From: Alphaproteobacteria bacterium | GTDB lineage: Bacteria; Pseudomonadota; Alphaproteobacteria; JAAXGF01 | DNA: 64,000 nucleotides | Direction: 5' to 3' | Assembly: GCA_963555825.3 (NCBI GenBank) | Contig: CAUVXB020000002.1 | Coordinates: 32,001-96,000 of the forward strand | Part shown: positions 52,214 through 62,896 of the stretch, piece after piece | How the letters are laid out: each line of letters begins with the position of its first letter | How positions within the stretch are numbered: position 1 is the stretch's first letter | Program-made: the position numbers and the translations under genes | The notes under the pieces: generated by a model | Told to the model about the DNA's origin: nothing | Databases searched by the model: none | Seen by the model: only the letters and a program-made list of their open reading frames with translations

Positions 52214-54533
52214 TCATCCGCGGCTCCCGGCAATGCCGCCGCCGCCACGCCGCGGCCCCGCGCCGATCCGCAAGCCGCCCACCCGCGAGATGGCGCCGGC
52301 GGCAGCACCTCCGACCCGCTCGCCGCCGTCCTCCCCCGTACTGCCTCTGCCGCCGATCCAGTCGAGGACGGCCGAGGGCAGCAGGTCGATGAGCTTGAAC
52401 GAGGCGTTCATCAGCCCGTAGGCGATCATCACGTAGAGCGTGAGCATGGCGAGGAAGCCGATGGGTCCGAGCCCGCCAGAGGCGCCCGCGTCGCGCATCT
52501 GCGGCAGCCAGACCTCGTTGAACAGGCCGATCCCGGCCAGGAACACGAAATACCCCACGATCAGGCCGAACAGCATCAGCGGCGGGCGCAGGATCAGCCC
52601 GGGCAGGAACAGCCAGCCCAGCCGGGTGGCCTGTGTCGCGAGCCGGTTGCCGTCGCCCCGCGTCACATGGGCGGCGGCGAACACGGTGACGGCCAGCACC
52701 GCCACAACGACGGTCACGATCCAGCCGAGAATGGCGAACAGGAAGCGGATGAAGGGCAGTGCCGGCAGCAGGTAGGCGAGCACCGCGCCGGCCATCAGCA
52801 GGAGCCCGAGCACGGTGGAGACGAAGCCGTCGGCGACCTGCCAGACGGATTCGAACATGTCGAGGCCCTTGCCAACGAAGGGCACGGATTCGAGCAGCCC
52901 CGATCCGGCGGCCGCGCCCATCAATGCCGTCATGGCGGCCAGCGCCGCGTTCATCAGGCCGTGTCCGAGGGAAGCGAGATCGGCAATGGGATTGCCGCTG
53001 TCGGCGACAATCACGCTGTCGAGGTCGATGAACTCCATGAGACCCGCCGCCATGGCGCCGCCACCGCCCGGCGCGGGCAACGCGGCGGCGCTTCACTGGC
53101 AGCAGCGGAAAACAGCATGGGCTGGTAGCCGCGCGACTGGACCAGGGCAGTCGTCAGTCCCTTGACGGCGGCATCGGCGGCGGGCGCCCATTGCCCCAGG
53201 CTCGGCGGCGGCAGGCTGACGCCCGGAATATTGTGGGCGGCGGCCTGAAACAGGCCGGTGCGGTGGGCGATGGTGTTGAAGAAGCTCGCGGCCGACATCC
53301 AGCTTGCCGCCTTGGCATCCTCGGCCACCACACGGGCAAGCTCCGCGCGTTCCTCGGAAGCGGCGCGGGCAAGCGCCGTATCGAGCACGCCCGCATAACG
53401 CTCGGCCAGGCCCCGGCCCTCGAGCAGCGCATCGAGATCGGGCAAGGGCCGGCCGTAGACGGGCGATCCGGTCACATAATGGCCGGCGAGATCGGCCGCG
53501 ACGGCGCGGATCTCCGGCAGCAGCCCGGCCAGCGCGTTACGGTGCCCCTCGGCGGCGATGCCGCGTGCGCCTTCGGCCGCGAGACCGGCGAAGCGGATCG
53601 CGCCGCACAGGTCGCCCGGCATGCCGCGCCCGGCGCCGTCGTAATGCAGGATCCTCGCATCGATGCGCCGGACCCGGGTGGTGCCAGGGCTTTTGTAGGC
53701 CTCGTCGGACTCTCGGAGTTCTATATAGGGTGCATCCCCTGCGCGGGCGGCGCTGCCGTTGGCCGCATACCGGCAGGCTTCCAGGATCAGGGTTCGGGCG
53801 ATGGCGGCGCGCCAGACAGCCTCGCGGGGCCGGGGCGCGATGGGTTCGCCTTCGCCGAGCGCCTCTTCCGAGAACGGCTCCCAGACGGCGTTGGCGAAAT
53901 CCCCTCCGAGATGGGCGAGGCCCACGACAGCGTGCTGGGCGCCGTTCATGCCGCCCGGCAGCGGCGCCATCAGGGCAACGGCGGCAACGATGCGCACGAT
54001 CTCCCAGGCGCCGAAGCCGAAGCGGCCCTCGCGGGCGGTATCGAGGGTGCCGGCCACCGTGTGCCAGACCAGCAGGAACCCCGCCAGCGCCAGCACACCG
54101 CCGTTGAAGACGAACAGCATGTCGCCGAGCACGGAGCTGCGGCCCGCGCCGATATCGCCGAGAAAGGCCAGCACGTCCCGCGTCGCTTGGTCGGCATCGG
54201 CGAACAGGCCCCGATCGATGGTCTGCGCCGCCGCCGGTTCGCCAGCAGCAGCCCCGCGATACCCAGGCCGATAAATACCGCTCCAGCGAGCAGGATCAGA
54301 AGGCCGATACAGGAAAGGGCTCGCTTCCTCTCCGATAACCGCAACCTGTTTGCTTTTGGTGTGTTGGCTACCGCGTCGTCTTTCCCCGTCTCATGCGTCA
54401 CGTTCGGTGCAGAATTGGCCGGCACCGGGAGCCGAAACGGCCGCATCCTCCGGACCAGCTCGGCCGAAGACCGCACCGCATCCGTGAGCGGGCGGGTCAA
54501 TTCCGGGGCGAACAGGAAGCGGAGCGCGCTCAT
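52214..54533 (-). CDS. dotA: DotA/TraY-like polytopic membrane protein (frameshifts near 54200 and 53090)
   Basis: FNGGVL...TAREG..G..W..RI.....LM.P..G.N.AQ; NP...L..LGH; LAYLLP.LPF..F; LILRPPLMLFG; LP..VL.WIG. Confidence 0.85.
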
Positions 54534-54538
54534 GGCGG

Positions 54539-55690
54539 TCAGTTCGCTCCGGCAGCCGGGTTGGCGAGGCCGGGCAGAAGGCGCATGCCTTCGGCAGCCA
54601 ACGCCAGCCCAGTGGCGCCGATGGCGCCGCGCCGTTCGTCGAGCCGGTAACGGCGCCAGTCGAGCATCAGCGAGACCGCTTGCAGGGTGACCAGCTCGCG
54701 CAGCAGGTTCTCCTGGCTCATCGCTTGCAGATCGACGAACCAGCCGGGGTTCTCGAACCGGCGGCTGGCGAGCAGCTCCAGAAGCTCATAGCGGCTGACC
54801 GGCGTTGCCGCATTGCGTCCCGGCGCGGCCTGGGCGGCCCAGGCTCCGAGCGCGGCGCCCGGTGCGCGCAACGCGCGGGCATGGGCGAAGTAGTCGCCGG
54901 CCAGCGCGGCGCGGGCGTCGGCGGAGCGGGCGAGCAGGATGCGGCGGCGCTCCTGATCGGTCTCGGCGGAGGCCAGCGCAGGCGGATCGTGCACCACGGG
55001 GCCGGCGAGATTGCGCGACAGCTCGACCGCCGTGCGCAGTTCCGCTTCGTTCGCGAAGGTGCGCCGGTCGAACAGGTTGCCGGCTTTGAGATCGGCGGCG
55101 TGGAGCGCATCCCCGCCCCGGCAGAGCGCGGCATCCTCCCCGGCGCGGGCGCCGTTGCAATAGGTACTCGTCAGGCTCTCGAAGCGGGCCGCGTTGCCGG
55201 CGGCGGCGCCGGCATCGGGAACGGCGGCGCGGTCGCCCGCGATACGCCCCGTCTCAGCGTCCGCGGCTCGCCCATAGGCGCTTTCGGCCGCTTGCCGTGC
55301 CGCGGCAAGCCCGGCCAGGCCGGTGATGGCGGCGCAGCCGCTGTCCGTCGGCCGGCGGGCGCGCATGGCCCTGGTTTCCTCGACCTCGCGGGCGATCTGC
55401 GCCTGAAGCTTGGTCTGGGCGTCGAGCGCGCCGGTCACCGCCTTGGCGCTTTGCGCCGCATAACCCGAGAGCTGGCCCGTTTGCAGGCGCAGAGCCTCGA
55501 CGATGGTGGCTTCCATGACGTCGATTTCGCGGGTGAGACCAGCGAGCACGCGGCTCGCCTCGGCCCGGTCGTTGTCGGTCGGATCGCACGGCGAATGGGC
55601 GCGGGCGGGCGGAACCGCCAACGTTGCGGTCAGCGCCGTGGCAAGGATCACGGCATGGAAGACCGTGCGGCAACGAACGGGGGTACTCAT
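54539..55690 (-). CDS. Exported protein, possibly IcmX/TraW-like
   Basis: Signal peptide; RRFENP.W..DL..MS.E.LLRE C-terminus; position before dotA. Confidence 0.55.
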   Translation of the reverse strand: MSTPVRCRTVFHAVILATALTATLAVPPARAHSPCDPTDNDRAEASRVLAGLTREIDVMEATIVEALRLQTGQLSGYAAQSAKAVTGALDAQTKLQAQIAREVEETRAMRARRPTDSGCAAITGLAGLAAARQAAESAYGRAADAETGRIAGDRAAVPDAGAAAGNAARFESLTSTYCNGARAGEDAALCRGGDALHAADLKAGNLFDRRTFANEAELRTAVELSRNLAGPVVHDPPALASAETDQERRRILLARSADARAALAGDYFAHARALRAPGAALGAWAAQAAPGRNAATPVSRYELLELLASRRFENPGWFVDLQAMSQENLLRELVTLQAVSLMLDWRRYRLDERRGAIGATGLALAAEGMRLLPGLANPAAGAN

Positions 55691-56226
55691 TGCCCACCTC
55701 CCAGGATGCCGCGGAAGCGTTCGGCGTTGACCCCGCTGTCTTGCAGGATGTTGCCGTTCCGGGCGTCGGTATCGAGCCCCGGCAGGCGGTGCAGTCCCGG
55801 TAGCCGGGGCAGCCGGGAGGTATAGACCGAGGCGTCCAGCGTGCGGCCGACATAGCCGCGGTAGGTGTTCCGCGCGATCTCGCAGACCCGGCGCTGCGCG
55901 AGACCGAGGATTTCCTCGAGCGCACGGCCGGGATCGAACAGCACGTTGAAGGCCCGGTAGTTGAAGAGGTCCTCCAGGCAGGAGAAGTCGAGGATCGAGT
56001 CCGGATCGCGGATACCCTGATCGGGATTGCGGATAACGGCGAGATCCTGCTCGACGCCCCGCGCGGCGCTCGCCGCCAGCGCCTCGCGGATCCCGGGATC
56101 GCAGCCCGCTTCAAGTGCGGCGGGCGGCGGGGCCTGGGCCAGGGCCGGCGAGACTCCGGGAACGGGGGCGAGCACCGGCGCCAGAAGCGCCAGTGCCGCG
56201 AGCGCGAGACCCGCGCGCCCGTTCAT
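55687..56226 (-). CDS. Hypothetical exported protein (179 aa)
   Basis: ATG overlaps the ssb stop; signal peptide; GCDP, SILDFSCL. Confidence 0.65.
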   Translation of the reverse strand: MNGRAGLALAALALLAPVLAPVPGVSPALAQAPPPAALEAGCDPGIREALAASAARGVEQDLAVIRNPDQGIRDPDSILDFSCLEDLFNYRAFNVLFDPGRALEEILGLAQRRVCEIARNTYRGYVGRTLDASVYTSRLPRLPGLHRLPGLDTDARNGNILQDSGVNAERFRGILGGGQ

Positions 56227-56705
56227 CACTGCCCCCCGACCCGGGAGGGGCCGTCCGGCGCCGCGCCATCGGCCTCCCCGGTTGGCGCGCGCATCGATGG
56301 TCCCGCCAGGATCGCCGGTTCCCTCCGCCTCGCCCCGCCCTCTTCCGCGCGGCCGTCGTCCCGGCGCGGGGACAGCACGTTGACGCGGCCTTGCGGTCCC
56401 GCGACGACGATTTCCGTAACCCGGCGGCTTTCGCCCTTCTTGTCCTGATATTCGTGGCTGGTAATGCGCCCTTCGATCAGCAGCGCGGCGCCCTTGCGGA
56501 CCAGCTTTTCGACTGCCGCGACGGCGGCGCCGAACACAACGATCCGGTGCCACTCGGTGGCCTCACCCGTCCCGCCGTCCTGGCGCCGCCATTTATCGGT
56601 GGTGGCCAGACTGAAGGTGGCGGTCTTCTCGCCGCTCTTCATCGTGCGGATCTCGGGGTCGCGCCCCGCATGGCCCAGCAACGTCACCCGGTTCATGTTC
56701 AACAT
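56226..56705 (-). CDS. ssb: Second SSB, lacking the acidic IPF tail
   Basis: NRVTLLGH.GRDPE, FSLAT, TEWHRIV, IEGRI, TEIV. Confidence 0.9.
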   Translation of the reverse strand: MLNMNRVTLLGHAGRDPEIRTMKSGEKTATFSLATTDKWRRQDGGTGEATEWHRIVVFGAAVAAVEKLVRKGAALLIEGRITSHEYQDKKGESRRVTEIVVAGPQGRVNVLSPRRDDGRAEEGGARRREPAILAGPSMRAPTGEADGAAPDGPSRVGGQ

Positions 56706-56708
56706 CGT

Positions 56709-59700
56709 TTATTCCTCCGTTTCGGTTGGTTGGCTGGCCGGTACGGACCGGCCGGTGGAAACCGCCGCGGCCGGATCATCACCGGCGGGATTGAAGGCGG
56801 ATTGGGTGGTTTCGGCTGCCAGCACGAGCTCCTCCGCGAGGCGGTCGAGCACGTCTTCCTCGGTGGCGCCGGCACGGATGCCCGCCGCCGCGAGGCGGCC
56901 AAGCTCGGCGTCGATGCGGGCACGCGCGGTGCCCGTGGGGAAGGCCCGGGCCAGGACGGCCCGCGCGACGGCCGGGGCCAGCCGCGCCTGAAGACGCGAC
57001 CGCAGCGCCACATCGGCGGGGCTGGTGGTCAGCGCCCAAAGTTCGGCCGGTCCCGGCGTGTTGACGACCAGTTGCTCGAAACGCCCGCGCGCGTCGCTGG
57101 CGATCAGCAGTGCCGGCGCGCCGTCCTTGCCGGGTCCCGGCAGGCGGTAGCGGATGGCGTCCTGGAGGGTCTCGCTCAGTGCGAATATCCCGGACAGCGC
57201 CTCGATCTCGCGGGCCTTGCCGCCCGCGCCGAGGATCCAGTAGCGGTTGGCAAGCTCGGTCAGCGCGCCGCCGAAATCCTCCAGCCGCTGCGAGGCCAGG
57301 GAAAGACGCACCCTGAGCTTGCGGGCCTCGCGCACATCGCGCTCGACCTGGGCGCGCACGGCGGGCGCGCCGGCGGTGCGGTGGAACTCGTCGTACGCAA
57401 GCCGTTTGGGCGCCTCGCGGATATCGCGCAGGCGGTGCCCGTGCCAGGCCCGGTAGGGCGCGGGGATATCGGCGAGCGAATCCTCGCCGATCCACCAGTG
57501 CCGGGTCAACGCGTGACGGGCCAGCAGGTAGAAGGCAGCGGTCTGGCGCCCCGCCTCGGGCGAGCCCTGGGGCGCCACATCGCCAAGATCGATGGCGGCG
57601 ATACGCACATGCCCGATATCGAAGGCGGTGGGCGCGAACATGATCGGCCAGTCGCCCGAGAGCGCGGTCAGGATGCGGATAAAGGCCTGGGTCACCGTCT
57701 CGCCGCCGGCGCCGTAGGCGGTATCGCCGACCAGCCCCTGGACGGCGGGCTCGCGCACCGCCGCCAGCAGGTCGCCCAGCACCGGCACGGCGTAGAGCTG
57801 CGCCCGCGCGGCCGCTGCGTGGGCGCCGGCCTCGAACAACAGGTCGACGATCTCCCACCACAATGGGGCCTCTGGCGGATCGATCCCGGCGGCGGCCAGC
57901 GCCGCGTCGACCGCCCCGTCGCGCCCGGACGTATAAGCATGCGGCTCGGCGCCGGCGATCTTGTCCGAACGCAGCGCATAGACCGCCGTGATCGCCGGGC
58001 CGATCAGCTCGCGCATGCCGTCGGGGACGCCCTCGGCGCCAGCCGGGGTCATCATCAGACCCAGCAGGTTGACCAGGAAGGCGCGCTCGGCGGGCAGCGG
58101 CGCGCGGCAGCCGAGCTGGGTGTCGCACGGGTTGATCGCGTGTTCGCGGGTCATCCGCAGCGCGAACCAACCGGCCTCGTGGCGGCGCTCCGGCGGCAGG
58201 GCCTCGCGAATCAGCGAGATCAGTCCGGCCGAGGACGGCCCGATATCGATGGTCGCGGATAGTGGCAGCCGGGCCTGGCCGCCTTGCAGGCTGAAGGCGA
58301 GGCCGAGGCTGTTCATCAGCACCGACTTGCCGCGCCCGGGGACGCCGTAGATCAGCTCGAAACCGTAATCCTCGCCGTCCTCCCAGGCGAACGGCAGGGG
58401 CTTGCCGTCGATTGAGCGGAACAGATGCCCCGCGCCGCTGTTCGACAAGGGCGCGGGCCTCCCGGCCGGCAGCAGGCGCAGCGCTTCCGTGAGCGGCGCG
58501 AGCGCGGGCTCGGCGGTGGCGCCGCAACAGAACCCCGGCACAGACGCGGCGAGGCTTTCCAGGGGATCGCCGACCAACGGCGTGAACACCGTCTCGCCCC
58601 AGCCCTCGGCAAGCTGCTGCAGGCGGCTCAGGCGGCGGCGCAGTGCATCTTCACCGTCTTCCGGCGCGACCCAGGTCAGCAGACCGAGGCGCAGCCGGAC
58701 GATCGCATGGGCGTCCGCGCCGAGCGCGGTCAGGTCGCGCATGGCGTTGCGCACCAGCAAACTGTCGTCCGACGAGAACGCCAGGAACGCCGCCGCGACG
58801 TTTGTCATGGCAGAATCCAGGCCGGCAAGGCCGCCGCCCTCGATCAGCAGCGAGAAACGGCAGGGCAATCCGGCATCGGCCAGGCGCTCCATCAGTTCGG
58901 AGAACGGACGTGCCCGGCGCGGTCCGAGCGCCATGTCGAGGGCGCCGTAGAGCCGCTCGCCGATGCGGATTCCGCCCGCTGTCCGCTCGGGATCGCGGAT
59001 CAATAGTTGCGGCCCCAGCGGCGGCGGGAACGCGCCATCCTCGGGCGGCGCGGTCAGGCGCGCGGGCGCGTCGTTGGCGACCGTCACCGGACGCCAATCC
59101 GGTGCGGTCGAGTCCGAGCCGTTCAGCGACCGGCGCAGGGTGGCGCACGCGGCGTCGCCGCCAAGCAACTCGGCCATGATCCCAGCCTCGGCGAACAGCG
59201 CCGCGAGGGTATCGAGGAAGGCCTCGTGCCGGGGCGGGAGGCCATCGGGGGCCAGATACGGGCATTGTGAGGAGTCGGCGTCCGGCAGCCATTGGCGCAG
59301 CCGTCGCCTGAGCCGCTTGCTGTCGCGTTTCAACTGGTCGGGCGGCAACACGGCCGGGCGGGTCCAGGCGGCGATAACGAAACTCTCGGCTGCCATCAGC
59401 GGCGCCAGGCGGCGGCCGCGCTCGGCGATCACGTCGCCCAGCGCGAGCCCGAGCCGCTCGCATTGCCGCAGCGTCTGCTCGCCTGCCGCCGCGACCAGCC
59501 GTGCCGCCTCGTCCGGGGCGCGCTCGAAGACCGCGTGCAGCGCGTGGCCGGGACCGGTAAAGACGCTGTTGAGGCGGCGCGCGCCGAGTTCGACGAAGCC
59601 GTCGAGTTCCCGGGCGCCCATCATCGAACGCGCGCCGTCGAGCCGGAACAGCGAGACCAGCGAGCCGTCGCGGCAGACCAGCACGCCGGCCCCGCCGGGC

Positions 59701-59831
59701 AGGGCAAACGCCGCCGCGGGCAGCAGGAAACTCTCCAGCGGCTTCTTGCGGACCGCCCAGCTCAGCCGCAGCGCATCCTCGATCGCGCCATACATTGAAA
59801 ATGGCAGCGGGAAAGACATCGAAACGGGCAT
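56709..59831 (-). CDS. icmB: IcmB/DotO/TraU VirB4-like ATPase
   Basis: DGSL.S, FRS.DGK, G.PG.GKSVLMN, IDIGPSS.GLISLI, INPCDT.LG.R.P, YDEFHR, REARK, LASQ, WALTT. Confidence 0.88.
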   Translation of the reverse strand: MPVSMSFPLPFSMYGAIEDALRLSWAVRKKPLESFLLPAAAFALPGGAGVLVCRDGSLVSLFRLDGARSMMGARELDGFVELGARRLNSVFTGPGHALHAVFERAPDEAARLVAAAGEQTLRQCERLGLALGDVIAERGRRLAPLMAAESFVIAAWTRPAVLPPDQLKRDSKRLRRRLRQWLPDADSSQCPYLAPDGLPPRHEAFLDTLAALFAEAGIMAELLGGDAACATLRRSLNGSDSTAPDWRPVTVANDAPARLTAPPEDGAFPPPLGPQLLIRDPERTAGGIRIGERLYGALDMALGPRRARPFSELMERLADAGLPCRFSLLIEGGGLAGLDSAMTNVAAAFLAFSSDDSLLVRNAMRDLTALGADAHAIVRLRLGLLTWVAPEDGEDALRRRLSRLQQLAEGWGETVFTPLVGDPLESLAASVPGFCCGATAEPALAPLTEALRLLPAGRPAPLSNSGAGHLFRSIDGKPLPFAWEDGEDYGFELIYGVPGRGKSVLMNSLGLAFSLQGGQARLPLSATIDIGPSSAGLISLIREALPPERRHEAGWFALRMTREHAINPCDTQLGCRAPLPAERAFLVNLLGLMMTPAGAEGVPDGMRELIGPAITAVYALRSDKIAGAEPHAYTSGRDGAVDAALAAAGIDPPEAPLWWEIVDLLFEAGAHAAAARAQLYAVPVLGDLLAAVREPAVQGLVGDTAYGAGGETVTQAFIRILTALSGDWPIMFAPTAFDIGHVRIAAIDLGDVAPQGSPEAGRQTAAFYLLARHALTRHWWIGEDSLADIPAPYRAWHGHRLRDIREAPKRLAYDEFHRTAGAPAVRAQVERDVREARKLRVRLSLASQRLEDFGGALTELANRYWILGAGGKAREIEALSGIFALSETLQDAIRYRLPGPGKDGAPALLIASDARGRFEQLVVNTPGPAELWALTTSPADVALRSRLQARLAPAVARAVLARAFPTGTARARIDAELGRLAAAGIRAGATEEDVLDRLAEELVLAAETTQSAFNPAGDDPAAAVSTGRSVPASQPTETEE

Positions 59832-59844
59832 TGCCTGCGCCTTC

Positions 59845-60238
59845 CTAAAGCCGGGGCTTGATCACGGTGTGGCTGCCGCCGCTCAGCCCTAAGGTGTCGC
59901 CCAGCGCGTTGATCACCGCCGGGGCCGCGATCAGCGAGACCCCGATCAGGATGGCGATCAGGCCGCTGCCGATGGTGGTCTGCTGCGGGTGATCGACATG
60001 GCGTTTCAGTTTGAGCAGGCCGAAGCCGACGATGGCGGCGCCGATGATGTAGAAGGCCACCGCCAGCAGGGCCGGCACCGACTCCAGGTCGTCCGCCGCC
60101 TCCTTCGCCATGTCGCCGAGCGAAACCGCCAACGCCGGTCCCGGCCGCTCCCGCCCACGAGACGGCGGAGATAACGGCGCCAAACAGGCCCGCGGCCCAT
60201 TCGAGGGAATGCCGTTTCAAGGGGTTTGCAATAGTCAT
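59845..60238 (-). CDS. icmD: IcmD/DotP (TraR)-like small membrane protein (frameshift near the 5' end)
   Basis: SLGDMA...Y.IG.....G.LKLK.H.D.PQQ..IG.....LI..P. Confidence 0.7.
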
Positions 60239-60249
60239 CGGGTTTCCTT

Positions 60250-60789
60250 TCATCGGATGTTCAGGACAGCGATGCCGAGGCTGGTTTGCACCGCCTCGAT
60301 CACCGCGACGATGTGCCAGGCGGCGATGCCGCCGGCCATGTGGGCGAAGGCCTTGGGTCCGCTCGCGCCGGGCTTGCCGTCGGCGGCGGCGCGCAGCGTG
60401 AAGGCGCCCCGGATGAAGGCAAACAGCCCAACCAGGCTGACCAGGGTGAAGACGGCCGCCAGCAGCGCGTCGTAATTGGCGCCGCGCGCGCCATAACCCA
60501 GGCTCGCCGCGGCAGGCCGTGCCCCGGAGCCGAACAGGCTTTCGCCCGCCGCCGAGAGCCACGACGGCAACGCCGCCATGACGATGCAGATCAGGAAGCT
60601 CAATGCCGTGCCGCCGCCGGAGGGCGCGTGGAACTTGTCCTCCGAGGTCTTCAGCAGCCGCAGCAGGCCCTGCGCGAAGGCGAACAGCGCCAGCACGTAG
60701 CAAAGCGCCGAGACCAACAGCAGCAAGCCGGGCTCGAGATCCCGGACCAGCGAGATCATTGCCTGGCCAATATCGTTGCGTTCAGCCAC
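60250..60789 (-). CDS. icmC: IcmC/DotE (TraQ)-like membrane protein
   Basis: L..A.CYV......GL..L, ALP, ..VG..AFIRG...L, KA..H..GG. Confidence 0.7.
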   Translation of the reverse strand: MAERNDIGQAMISLVRDLEPGLLLLVSALCYVLALFAFAQGLLRLLKTSEDKFHAPSGGGTALSFLICIVMAALPSWLSAAGESLFGSGARPAAASLGYGARGANYDALLAAVFTLVSLVGLFAFIRGAFTLRAAADGKPGASGPKAFAHMAGGIAAWHIVAVIEAVQTSLGIAVLNIR

Positions 60790-61957
60790 CGCCGCCCCCG
60801 CCTCCGGCCGGCCCGTTCTCCGGCGTTGTCCCCGGAAGGCGTGCGAACATGACGATGAGTTCGGTATCGCGGGGAATACGCACCGTCGGACGCTTCGGCG
60901 CGTTTTCCAGCAGGATATCGCCGGCCGAGCGCGCCGCCGTCCCGAGGCCGCTATGGACGGCCTCTCGCGTCGAGCCCTGGCGCCGTTCATAGCGCACATC
61001 GCCGCTCCCCAGCGTGAGGCTCTCGGCGGGCCGGCCCATCGCCGTCAGGAAGCCCTCCGCGAAACGCACCGCGGCGGGCAGCAGGACGCGCTGGAAGAAA
61101 TGGCTGTCGACCTCGCCGGCGATGCCGTAACAGGCACAATCGAGACCGACCGCCCAGCCGTCGGTTGCCCTGCGCCGGCCGCGGTATTCCAGGCTGGTGA
61201 GCCGCAGCACCATGCGCTCGCCGGAAAGGGTGAAGGCGCCCGTTGCCACGGCGCCGGCGAGCGGCGGTCCCAGCAGTTCGATCAGCACCGGTCCCGGATA
61301 GTCCGAGTTGACCGCATAAATCGTGCGCGCATAGATCCCCTCACCCGCCGGCGGCAGGGGGATGGACGGTTCGGGAGGTGTGCCGGAAGTGGCGGGCGCA
61401 GCCGTTTCGGGCTTGGCGGGCGGATAGCGGATGCGGACGATCCGCGGCGGTTTGCTCCAGTTCTGCAGCAGCACGCCGATCAGATCCGATATGCGGTCTT
61501 CGGGCCGGCCGGGCGGGCTGCCCTCTTGCCGCGGCGGGCTGTAGGCTTCGTAGGTGGGCCGCGGTGTCACGCGGCCTCCGTACTGGTGCTGCAACGCAGG
61601 CGGTGATTCGGTTACGGACCGTGTGGATCCCACGCCACCGGCCGGCTGTGTGTAACCGGGCGCCTGGCCACGGCCAGAAAAGATCGGCACGAAGGAGTCG
61701 CCTTGTTGCCGTGCCGCGTCGAGCCGAACCCGGTCGCGCTCGTCCAGCGTGTCGAGATAGGCCGGCGGAACGCTGTCTTCAGGGTTGAGTTTGACGCCCC
61801 GGTTGTCCGGCATCTGAGCCCAGGCCGAACCGGGCCAACCCGAAGACGCGGCGAGCAGAGCGCATATAAGAAGACGGCATACCGCGGGCGCATGGAGACG
61901 GTGTATCGCCATAGGCCGGTTTCGCGGCGTTTCAGCGATCGATCTATCGTTCATCAT
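60782..61957 (-). CDS. icmE: IcmE/DotG/TraO (VirB10-like) core component, short form
   Basis: AGE.IYA.....VNSD.PGPV..E...PL.GA...G.F, A..VD.H, PTV.IP. Confidence 0.75.
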   Translation of the reverse strand: MMNDRSIAETPRNRPMAIHRLHAPAVCRLLICALLAASSGWPGSAWAQMPDNRGVKLNPEDSVPPAYLDTLDERDRVRLDAARQQGDSFVPIFSGRGQAPGYTQPAGGVGSTRSVTESPPALQHQYGGRVTPRPTYEAYSPPRQEGSPPGRPEDRISDLIGVLLQNWSKPPRIVRIRYPPAKPETAAPATSGTPPEPSIPLPPAGEGIYARTIYAVNSDYPGPVLIELLGPPLAGAVATGAFTLSGERMVLRLTSLEYRGRRRATDGWAVGLDCACYGIAGEVDSHFFQRVLLPAAVRFAEGFLTAMGRPAESLTLGSGDVRYERRQGSTREAVHSGLGTAARSAGDILLENAPKRPTVRIPRDTELIVMFARLPGTTPENGPAGGGGGGG

Positions 61958-62896
61958 CGATGTCCTGTAATTGCGTTGTGATTTCCATTGAGCGGAACGA
62001 GAGCCGCATCTCGCGGCCCCGGGCGCTTACGAGCGCCTGCGGGGTGTCCGGCAAGCGGTAGGCCCAGCGGCCGCCGGGGCCGCGTTCGGCTGCCCAGGGG
62101 CCGGGCGAAAGCAGATATGCGCGGGTGACCAGCAGCAGATCGCCGCCCTGCCTCCAGGCGCGGCCTTCGTGGCCGCCGCCCTCGATGGCAAGCCGTTCGG
62201 CGTCCGGCGGCACGGCGCCGCCGAGCAGGCCGAGCAGCACCGGATCGCCGGCGTGGAACCCTTCGGGCTGCGCCAGCAAGGCCGGATCTGCGTTCGGTCC
62301 TGGCATGGCAAGGCGGATATCGACCCGGAAGTCGGCAGCACCACCGGTGCCGCGCAGGGCGACCACCAACGGCTCGGCGAGACCAGCCAGCGTCACCACC
62401 GCGTTGCCGTCGAGATAGGCCTGTTGGGGCGCCAGATAGAGCAGATGGCCGGCGCCGGGATTGGCCGCTTCCGGCGCGGCCTCCTGGCCCGGCGGCAGGA
62501 AGCGGCTGTCGAGCACGGTCTCGGCGATCGGCCAGGGCGCGCCGGTCATGCCGGTGAAGGAGAGCACCGTGGTGTAGCCGCGCCTTAGCGCGATCACCGG
62601 GATTTGCCCATCGCCCGGCCCATCGAGACGGATCCGCCGGATACGGCCTTGCGGCGGCGCCCCCGCGCCCCGCGCGCTCGCCCGCTGGGTCTGGCGCAAC
62701 AGCCGGCCCAGGGTCTCGATCTGCCCTTGCGTGAACGGCAAGGCGGACCGGCCCTGCCGGGCGGCGTCGCCATCCGGCACGGCATGATCGGGCCAGACGT
62801 CAGGTTCGGCTGCCGGGTTGGCGGGTTCGGCCGCGGCCGCCAACGACGGCGGCAGCAGAGAATCAGCGAGAGAAGCGCAAGGGTCCTGACGATCAT
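61944..62896 (-). CDS. icmK: IcmK/DotH/TraN outer-membrane core component (frameshift near 62840)
   Basis: P.T..QI..L, P.I.L..GY.T.L.F...TG.PWP, GN..V.L.GL..P, D.RVD......GPNA, LLSP. Confidence 0.8.
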
